Source: Gammaproteobacteria bacterium
GTDB lineage: Bacteria; Pseudomonadota; Gammaproteobacteria; Steroidobacterales; JABDKV01
Direction: 5' to 3'
Assembly: GCA_029862165.1 (NCBI GenBank)
Contig: JAOTXU010000009.1
Coordinates: forward strand, 65,497-129,496
DNA: 64,000 bases
A model generated the notes under the pieces. It was not told the DNA's origin. It made no database searches and saw only the letters and a program-made list of their open reading frames with translations. Positions 57,226 to 64,000 of the stretch are shown here, in pieces (within the stretch, counting starts at the first letter, position 1; each line of letters starts with the position of its first letter). Both the position numbers and the translations under genes were made by a program.

Positions 57226-59478
57226 ATGCACACATCACGCATCCCACGGTTCTACAAAATGTCAGTCGCTGAACGCGTTCGTGCCGCACGCGATTTGGGT
57301 GTCCTCAATCGCGAGGACTATCGCGCGTTGACCAGTGGCGATCACATGCTAACCGTCAACCGCGCCGACAAGATGATCGAAAACGTCATCGGTGTGATGG
57401 GATTGCCGGTGGGTTTGGGTCTCAATTTTGTTATTAATGAAAACGAGTACGTAATACCGCTGGTAGTGGAAGAACCCTCAATCGTTGCCGCGCTGAGTTC
57501 TGCTGCCAAGCTCATCAGAAAATCGGGCGGCTTTGGTGTCGAAAGCACCGATTCGGTGCTCATCGGGCAGATTCAGGTGGTCGATTTGCGGCACACGACG
57601 CGTGCACGACAGGCCTTATTGGATAACAAACAAGAAATAATCAATCTGGCAAACAGCCTGCACCCGAACATGGTGGCGCGTGGCGGCGGCGCCAAAGACA
57701 TGGAAGTGTTAATACATGCCGGCGCCAGTGAACAAGTCGGTGATATGTTGGTCGCGCACCTGTTGGTGGACACACGCGATGCAATGGGTGCGAATCTTGT
57801 CAACACAATGTGCGAGGGCGTAGCGCCATTGGTTGAAAAAATCACCGGCGGAAAGGTTTTTTTGCGCATATTGTCGAATCTGGCCGACCGATCGCTCGTA
57901 CGCGCTCACTGCAGCATTCCGGTCGATAACCTCGGTGGCAAAGGCTACGACGGCGAAGAAGTGCGTGACGGAATTGTACTGGCCAGCGAATTTGCTGCGG
58001 CTGACCCTTACCGGGCGGCGACACATAACAAAGGCGTTATGAATGGTATCGATGCCGTCGCCCTGGCGACCGGCAACGATTGGCGTGCTATTGAGGCCGG
58101 TGCGCATGCTTATGCAGCTCGTGGTACGCATTACACGTCGCTGAGCCGTTGGACACGTGGCCCGGATGGCGCGTTGATCGGTGATCTCGAAATGCCGCTC
58201 AAGGTTGGAACAGTCGGTGGCCCCCTGGAGTCCAATCCGACTGTGGCGATGAATATGCGTATGCTGGACGTAAAAAGCTCACGCGAGCTGGGTGAGGTCA
58301 TGGGTGCTGTTGGGCTGGCACAGAATTTCTCTGCACTACGTGCACTGGCGACTGAGGGCATACAAACGGGCCACATGACACTGCACGCCCGTAGTGTTGT
58401 GACGGCGGCCGAAGCGCCACCGGAAGTATTCGATACCGTGGTCGAGCGATTGATCGAAAGTGGAACGATCAAGATCTGGAAAGCACGGGAGTTGGTAACC
58501 GAAGTCGTTGAACAAAGCTCGCCGGGAGGCACATCGGGTCTGAAGCCGTTAGACGCAGAAGGCGCGAAGGCCGGCAACGGAAAGATTATTCTGTTGGGCG
58601 AACACTCCGTTGTTTATGGTCGTCATGCCATCGCCGCACCAGTAGAACTGGCGGTACAGGCGCGTGTGCATGATTGCGAAACGGGTGTCCATCTGGTCGT
58701 GCCGCGCTGGGGCGTGGAATACCGGATGCATGAGCAAGCCGCCAAACGCCGTTCGTTTGAAATTTCTGCGGGTTTGATACTGGAGAAACTGGGATTGACC
58801 GGGCGGGCCATGCGTATCGAGGTCTATCCAAACGTCCCGCGCGCAATGGGTCTGGGTGGCTCCGCAGCGACCGCCGTGGCGATAATCCGGGCGTTGGATG
58901 ATCACTTCGAACTGGGGCTGGACGAAAATGAAATCAACCAGCTGGCTTACGAGAGTGAAAAGGTAGCTCACGGTAACCCGTCCGGTATTGATAACACGGT
59001 GGCGACCTTTGGCAAGACATTGTTGTTCAAGCGCGGCGATCCACCGCTGATGCATGAGCTGCGCTTTCCACAAAAGATACCTGTCGTCATCGCCATGAGC
59101 GGCGTCGAGAGTCTCACAGCCAAGATGGTCGCGCGTGTGCGTGCCGCATGGGAGAAAAACAAAACCTTGTACGAGCGCATCTTCGATGAGATCGATGCGC
59201 TAGCGTTACATGCGGTTGAAGCGCTGAAGGAAAACAATATCGGCCAGCTGGGCGAGTTGATGAATATCAATCAGGGTCTGCTAAATGCCCTACAGGTCTC
59301 CTGTTGGGAAGTGGAGGAACTAATTCAAATCGCCCGTGAGAACGGCGCATCGGGTGCGAAGCTGACCGGTGGCGGTGGCGGCGGTTCCATCATCGCGATT
59401 TGCCCGGAAGATCCGCAACGCGTGGTCAAAGCTATCCGCGATGCCGGTTACCAGGCCATGGAGGTCGAGATTGGCTGA
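57226..59478 (+). CDS. Bifunctional fusion: class II HMG-CoA reductase (N-terminal ~430 aa) :: mevalonate kinase (C-terminal ~310 aa)
   Basis: N-terminal part has ENVIG..LP.G, PLVVEEPSIVAA and DAMGANLVNT. A Ser/Gly/Pro linker ...EQSSPGGTSGLKPLDAEGAKA follows. The C-terminal part has GKIILLGEHSVVYG, GLGGSAATAVA and KLTGGGGGGSIIA. It is one uninterrupted 750-codon frame. Confidence 0.85.
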   Translation: MHTSRIPRFYKMSVAERVRAARDLGVLNREDYRALTSGDHMLTVNRADKMIENVIGVMGLPVGLGLNFVINENEYVIPLVVEEPSIVAALSSAAKLIRKSGGFGVESTDSVLIGQIQVVDLRHTTRARQALLDNKQEIINLANSLHPNMVARGGGAKDMEVLIHAGASEQVGDMLVAHLLVDTRDAMGANLVNTMCEGVAPLVEKITGGKVFLRILSNLADRSLVRAHCSIPVDNLGGKGYDGEEVRDGIVLASEFAAADPYRAATHNKGVMNGIDAVALATGNDWRAIEAGAHAYAARGTHYTSLSRWTRGPDGALIGDLEMPLKVGTVGGPLESNPTVAMNMRMLDVKSSRELGEVMGAVGLAQNFSALRALATEGIQTGHMTLHARSVVTAAEAPPEVFDTVVERLIESGTIKIWKARELVTEVVEQSSPGGTSGLKPLDAEGAKAGNGKIILLGEHSVVYGRHAIAAPVELAVQARVHDCETGVHLVVPRWGVEYRMHEQAAKRRSFEISAGLILEKLGLTGRAMRIEVYPNVPRAMGLGGSAATAVAIIRALDDHFELGLDENEINQLAYESEKVAHGNPSGIDNTVATFGKTLLFKRGDPPLMHELRFPQKIPVVIAMSGVESLTAKMVARVRAAWEKNKTLYERIFDEIDALALHAVEALKENNIGQLGELMNINQGLLNALQVSCWEVEELIQIARENGASGAKLTGGGGGGSIIAICPEDPQRVVKAIRDAGYQAMEVEIG

Positions 59479-59500
59479 TCACGGTGGACTGCGTTCTGCT

Positions 59501-60058
59501 GTGGTGTCCAGTGAGAGTGAGCGGCTGGTACTGGTCGACGGGCAGGATCAGGAAATAGGCTTCGAATCCAAAGGAACTGTGCATGACGGCACAGGCCTTT
59601 TGCATCGCGCCTTTTCGCTTTTCATTTTCAATAAACAAGGCGAATTGCTAATGCAGCAACGCAGCGCCGCCAAGCGCCTATGGCCGATGTTTTGGTCCAA
59701 CAGTTGCTGCAGCCATCCACGCGAAGGCGAGGACATCGATGATGCAACCCATCGCAGACTGCGCGAAGAACTGGGCATGCGAAGCGACTTGCAGTTTTTG
59801 TACCGCTTTCGTTATCACGCGCAGTTTGGTGAGCTCGGTGCCGAACACGAGTTTTGCTGGGTCTACATTGGTCGTAGTGACGACATGATTCGGGTCAATC
59901 GCAACGAAATTGCCGCCTGGCGCTGGATCGCCATTGAAGATCTGGAGCGTGAGATGGGCGAACAGCCGCACGGTTTTACGCCATGGTTTAGAATGGAGTG
60001 GGAACGTATCCGCGGTGAATTCGCCGCTGAACTGGCAACATTAGCGGGCAATATATGA
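59501..60058 (+). CDS. idi: Isopentenyl-diphosphate delta-isomerase, type 1 (Nudix)
   Basis: LHRAFSLFIFN..GELLMQQRS..K..WP..WSNSCCSHP..GE. There is no in-frame ATG after the upstream stop, so the start is GTG at 59501 or TTG at 59471. Confidence 0.85.
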   Translation: MVSSESERLVLVDGQDQEIGFESKGTVHDGTGLLHRAFSLFIFNKQGELLMQQRSAAKRLWPMFWSNSCCSHPREGEDIDDATHRRLREELGMRSDLQFLYRFRYHAQFGELGAEHEFCWVYIGRSDDMIRVNRNEIAAWRWIAIEDLEREMGEQPHGFTPWFRMEWERIRGEFAAELATLAGNI

Positions 60059-61179
60059 GCATACCTCTCAAACAACAATACACGGTAGGCAGCTACATCC
60101 TGCGTCAGAAATTGAAGAGGCGTGAGCGTTATCCATTGGTATTGATGCTCGAACCCTTATTCCAATGCAATCTGGCCTGCGCCGGTTGCGGCAAGATCGA
60201 TTACGAAAAAGATATCCTGGCACAACGCGTGTCGGTACATGATGCATTGCGTGCGGTGGACGACTGCGGGGCACCGATAGTCTCGATCGCCGGTGGCGAA
60301 CCATTAATCCACAAAGAGTTACCGCAGATCGTCGCAGGCATAATTGAGCGCAAGAAGTATGTTTATCTTTGCACCAACGCTATTCTGTTGCGTAAACGCA
60401 TGGATGACTATCAGCCGTCACCCTATCTGACTTTCTCGATACATCTCGATGGCAACCGCAAACGTCATGACGAGTCGGTTTGCCAGGTCGGCGTCTTCGA
60501 CAAAGCGGTGCTGGCTATCGAGCAGGCCAAAGAGCGCGGTTTCCGTGTCACAGTGAACTGCACGTTGTTTAACAGCGAGGATCCACAGGACGTAGCCGAG
60601 TTTTTTGACCACGCCATGGGAATGGGTGTTGAGGGTGTGACGGTTTCGCCCGGTTACAGTTATCAGCATGCACCACGCCAGGATGTCTTCCTGCAACGCA
60701 AGCAGAGCAAAGAACTGTTTCGCGAAATTTTCCGGCGTGGCAAGGAAGGTAAACGAGACTGGCGTATCAACCAGTCCAGCCTGTTCCTCGATTTTCTTGC
60801 AGGCAACCAGACATATCATTGCACGCCGTGGAGTAATCCCACCTACAACGTATTTGGCTGGCAGAAACCGTGTTATTTGCTAGTCGATGAGGGTTACGTC
60901 GACAGTTATGCGGGGCTGATGGAAAATACACCATGGGATGAGTACGGCACCGGTAACAATCCGAAGTGCGATAACTGCATGGCGCACTGTGGTTATGAGG
61001 GAACGGCCGTTAACGACACGTTTGCGAATCCACTGAAGGCGCTGAAAGTTGCGCTACGCGGACCACGCACCGACGGACCGATGGCACCGGAAGTGCCGAT
61101 TACCTACACTTCGCGGCCAGTACCTGCAGTCGGCATCCCGGTCGATCAAATCGGTCGCAGCAACGGCGCCTCCCAGTAA
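60055..61179 (+). CDS. hpnH: Hopanoid biosynthesis radical SAM protein HpnH (adenosylhopane synthase)
   Basis: YPLVLMLEPLFQCNLACAGCGKIDY radical-SAM cluster motif with an HpnH-type N-terminus. ATGA overlap with idi. Confidence 0.9.
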   Translation: MSIPLKQQYTVGSYILRQKLKRRERYPLVLMLEPLFQCNLACAGCGKIDYEKDILAQRVSVHDALRAVDDCGAPIVSIAGGEPLIHKELPQIVAGIIERKKYVYLCTNAILLRKRMDDYQPSPYLTFSIHLDGNRKRHDESVCQVGVFDKAVLAIEQAKERGFRVTVNCTLFNSEDPQDVAEFFDHAMGMGVEGVTVSPGYSYQHAPRQDVFLQRKQSKELFREIFRRGKEGKRDWRINQSSLFLDFLAGNQTYHCTPWSNPTYNVFGWQKPCYLLVDEGYVDSYAGLMENTPWDEYGTGNNPKCDNCMAHCGYEGTAVNDTFANPLKALKVALRGPRTDGPMAPEVPITYTSRPVPAVGIPVDQIGRSNGASQ

Positions 61180-61197
61180 GCGGCTCCCTGCCGCGAT

Positions 61198-61292
61198 CGC
61201 TTCCCCACCCTAGCCAATAGCTCGGCCTTTGGCCTCACGACAGTGTCGCTACGCGACTTACTGTCTGTGTGTCTCAACACACGCAAATCGCC
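61198..61292 (-). repeat. Dispersed ~95-nt intergenic repeat, copy 2 (inverted relative to copy 1)
   Basis: Its reverse complement aligns with 9427..9520. It is flanked at 61291-61311 by CCAAAAAAAGGGGGGAGGGAA, the same C/G-rich motif as the 27.9-28.1 kb hairpin family. Confidence 0.7.
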
Positions 61293-61340
61293 AAAAAAAG
61301 GGGGGAGGGAATAAATTATCGAAATGGGCTTTAATAGTCC

Positions 61341-63788
61341 GTGGGTTGGGGGCCTGTACCGGTGTGGCGACACGGCGGCATCAAAGGGAAAAACATTAGC
61401 GGCGTCACGGCGCCAGCGAGGCATCTTTTGCTATCGATTCGAGACTTGTTTCTGACGGCGATCATGGTCTTTTTGGCTTGTGATACTGCCTTGGCTGTCG
61501 CGGTCGGGGTGGTTATCGACGGGCCGACCGCCAGACAAGGCACAACTCTGGATCTGGTCAAACAAGAGGTGGCGAGTCTGCTCGGCGACGAGTTCGATGT
61601 CAGCTTTCCGCAAGAAAAACTGCGGCACGGCGACTGGACACCTGACGGGGTGCGCACAGCCTTGGCCGAAACGTTGCGGGACCCACAAGTCGACGTAATC
61701 ATCACATTGGGATTGCTCGCGTCGAGTGAGGTGGCCCGCATCGAACGGCTGGCCAAACCGGTCATAGCGGCAGTGGTTCCCGATGCTGAACTCCAGGGGT
61801 TCCCGTTTCGCAATGGTGTTAGTGGACGCAGAAACTTTGTCTACATTTCAAGCTTCAAGGGCATCGATGAAGAGCTCAGTACTTTTCACAGGACCGTCGG
61901 CTTTAGTCATCTCACAATCATCGCCGACGAAACGTCGATGGGCGCGGTCCCGGAATTTCGGACGAAGTCGGCACAGCTGGCGAGGGATCTGGGTTTCGCG
62001 ATAGATATCGTCGCCGTCAAAGATTCTGTCGACAACATACTCTCTGTCTTGCCGGCCGAGACCGATGCGGTCTATGTCACGCCGTTGTGGCGATTACCTG
62101 CCGATGGAATCGAGCGACTCGCGGCGGGTCTGGTCAAACGTGGTCTACCCAGTTTGTCACTACTGGGCCGCAGCGAAGTCGAGGCCGGTTTATTAATGAC
62201 GATTGGCGGTTTGCCATCAGACGACACTCGTTTTGCTCGCCGTATCGGTCTGAACCTGCAACGAATACTATTGGGCGAGGATGCTGGAGAGATCGAAGTC
62301 GGGTTCCGTCTCGGTCGTCGGCTTGTTATCAACATGCGCACCGCACGCGCGATCGGTTTTCTACCACGGTGGGCGGTGCTGATCGATGCCGAGAAAATCA
62401 ACGACGAACAGCCCGCAGACGCCCGGAAACTGGGTCTGTATGACGCGATGATCGAATCGATAAAAACCAATCTGTTGCTGCAGGCATCGGAGTTCGACAT
62501 CAGAATCGCCGAAGATGACGTGCAGACAGCGCGGTCGACTCTATTACCGCAACTCGATGTTTCAGCGACACGCAGCCAGATTGATTCCGACAGAGCGAAC
62601 CCACTGGTGCAGGCAGAAAAGAGTCTGGATGCCGGCGTCGGTGGCAGCCAGATCATTTATTCCGAACAGGCTCGCGCCTCGCTGGCTATCGCGCGGCGTC
62701 TCGCGGATGCTGCCGGCGAAGGGTACCAGTCGACAATACTGGATACTTTGCAAGGGACTGCGACTGCCTATCTCTCATTGCTCCGTGCACAGGCTCTTGA
62801 AGCCGTACGCAGGTCCAACCTGGAAGTAACACGCACAAACCTGGAACTCGCACGTGTGCGAGAGTCTGTCGGTGCTTCCGGACGGGCAGACGTATTGCGT
62901 TGGGAGAGCCAGATTGCACGCGATCGCCAGGACGTGCTGTCGGCGCAGGCGACACGCTTCCGTGCTCTGACGGAGCTTAACCGCGTGATGAACCGGCCCC
63001 AGGCTGAACCAGTGACAACCGTGCGAGACGGTCTGGACGAAACACTCGCGGTGCTGAATGACCCGCGTTTCGACAGCTTCATAGGTAACCCGGTTGTCTG
63101 GGAAACGTTCATAGATTTCTCTGTAGCCGAAGCGATGTCTCTGTCACCAGAGCTGCGTCAGTTTGAATCCAACGTACAGGCACAACAACGCGACGTACTG
63201 GCAGCTCGCAGGGCGTGGTATGTGCCCGACATCGCATTGTCTGCCGATGCGGGCAACAACATCGATCGAAGTGGCGCAGGATCGGACCGAACCGGTTTGA
63301 TGCTAGATGACGAAAGTTGGACTATAGGCGTGAGCGCCTCGTTACCGCTATTCAGTGGCGGCGCACTCAAGTCCCGACTTTCGCGATCGCGACATACCCT
63401 TTCCCAGCTCGAGCGCCAATACGCTGCCTTGTCTGAAAATATCGAAGCCCGTATGCGCGCGGCGTTGCACCAGGTTGGCGGCTCGTTCCCCGCGATAGAA
63501 CTCTCGCAGGATGCGGCGCGAGCAGCAGCAGCCAACCTCGATCTGGTAATCGATGCTTATTCCAAAGGCGCTGTGTCGGTTACCGATCTGATCGATGCAC
63601 AAGACGCCGCACTGTCGGCCAAGCTTGCAGCGGCAGAGGCAGAATATGCCTTTCTGATCGATTATATGGAGATTTTGCGGGCACGGGGCAATTTCGACCT
63701 GGTACTGGATCCACCAAGTAGCCAGGCCTGGTATGAAAGCGTCGAAGCCTATTTCAGCGAACACGGCGTCTCGCCACTGAGACGATAG
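61341..63788 (+). CDS. TolC-family outer membrane efflux protein with N-terminal periplasmic-binding-protein-like (ABC_sub_bind-like) extension
   Basis: The C-terminal ~440 aa show the OEP/TolC repeat pattern (LLPQLDVSATRS..., LFSGGALKSRL..., AEAEYAFLIDYMEILRA). The N-terminal ~370 aa resemble type-I PBP / ABC substrate-binding proteins. The start is uncertain (61341 or 61464). Confidence 0.65.
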   Translation: MGWGPVPVWRHGGIKGKNISGVTAPARHLLLSIRDLFLTAIMVFLACDTALAVAVGVVIDGPTARQGTTLDLVKQEVASLLGDEFDVSFPQEKLRHGDWTPDGVRTALAETLRDPQVDVIITLGLLASSEVARIERLAKPVIAAVVPDAELQGFPFRNGVSGRRNFVYISSFKGIDEELSTFHRTVGFSHLTIIADETSMGAVPEFRTKSAQLARDLGFAIDIVAVKDSVDNILSVLPAETDAVYVTPLWRLPADGIERLAAGLVKRGLPSLSLLGRSEVEAGLLMTIGGLPSDDTRFARRIGLNLQRILLGEDAGEIEVGFRLGRRLVINMRTARAIGFLPRWAVLIDAEKINDEQPADARKLGLYDAMIESIKTNLLLQASEFDIRIAEDDVQTARSTLLPQLDVSATRSQIDSDRANPLVQAEKSLDAGVGGSQIIYSEQARASLAIARRLADAAGEGYQSTILDTLQGTATAYLSLLRAQALEAVRRSNLEVTRTNLELARVRESVGASGRADVLRWESQIARDRQDVLSAQATRFRALTELNRVMNRPQAEPVTTVRDGLDETLAVLNDPRFDSFIGNPVVWETFIDFSVAEAMSLSPELRQFESNVQAQQRDVLAARRAWYVPDIALSADAGNNIDRSGAGSDRTGLMLDDESWTIGVSASLPLFSGGALKSRLSRSRHTLSQLERQYAALSENIEARMRAALHQVGGSFPAIELSQDAARAAAANLDLVIDAYSKGAVSVTDLIDAQDAALSAKLAAAEAEYAFLIDYMEILRARGNFDLVLDPPSSQAWYESVEAYFSEHGVSPLRR

Positions 63789-63801
63789 GGGTACGAGTCT
63801 C

Positions 63802-64000
63802 ATGCACAAACTGAATGCCGTAATACTCGTGGCTGTAGCAATACTCGCAACCGCTTGTAGTGAGCCACCTCCACCGGGCGAACCGATCGTCAGACCGGTG
63901 CGTTATCAAAGAGTCGACCGGCAGGGCTCCGAGGAACTACGTGTCTTCTCGGGTACCGCACATGCTGCGCTGGAGACCGACCTGAGTTTCAAAGTGCAGG
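63802..64000 (+). CDS. Efflux periplasmic adaptor (membrane fusion) lipoprotein, N-terminal fragment (3' end outside window)
   Basis: ATG lies 14 nt after the TolC-like stop. Lipobox LATAC. The call rests mainly on position next to the outer membrane factor. Confidence 0.5.
   Translation, partial: MHKLNAVILVAVAILATACSEPPPPGEPIVRPVRYQRVDRQGSEELRVFSGTAHAALETDLSFKVQ

Noticed and set aside
62072-63535. Antisense ORFs (62072..62656, 62768..63112, 63158..63535) within the TolC-like gene
   Set aside because: They are Ser/Arg/Ala-rich shadow ORFs. The sense frame is continuous for 815 codons with OEP-type repeats.

Overview
Chromosomal window from a Gram-negative genome, most likely a gammaproteobacterium. 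The gene orders mutM / rpmG-rpmB / radC / coaBC-dut / pyrE, ftsY-ftsE-ftsX-rpoH and rsmD-coaD match the classic gammaproteobacterial housekeeping neighbourhood. About 70 genes are supportable, and coding density is high.

Accessory modules sit between the housekeeping blocks:
1. 3.0-8.6 kb: a complete four-gene 'proteobacterial dedicated sortase' system (histidine kinase, response regulator, VIT-VWA target, class GN sortase).
2. 40.8-45.4 kb: a two-gene operon of large secreted CXXCH-bearing beta-helix / beta-propeller proteins, followed by a start-less PEP-CTERM tail.
3. About 45.9-46.2 kb: a tRNA-Gly(CCC) whose first 18 nt plus 106 nt of upstream DNA is tandemly duplicated with a 124-nt period.
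4. 46.3-49.8 kb: a sulfotransferase / class-V PLP enzyme / FemAB-like GNAT operon that reads toward that tRNA.
5. 49.8-61.2 kb, divergent from module 4: an 11.4-kb, largely translationally coupled operon. Mevalonate-pathway genes (including an HMG-CoA reductase::mevalonate kinase fusion), a DTxED-type squalene synthase and IPP isomerase are nested between the hopanoid genes hpnG-hpnN-hpnA and hpnH.
6. 61.3-63.8 kb: a TolC-like outer-membrane factor with a roughly 370-aa N-terminal extension resembling a periplasmic binding protein.

Non-coding structure includes a cluster of G/C-only REP-like hairpins between radC and rpmB, and a ~95-nt dispersed repeat present in opposite orientations at 9.4 kb and 61.2 kb.

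I saw no CRISPR array, rRNA, transposase, integrase or recognisable defence system. All functional calls rest on motif and family recognition by eye from the ORF track and the sequence. No database search was run.
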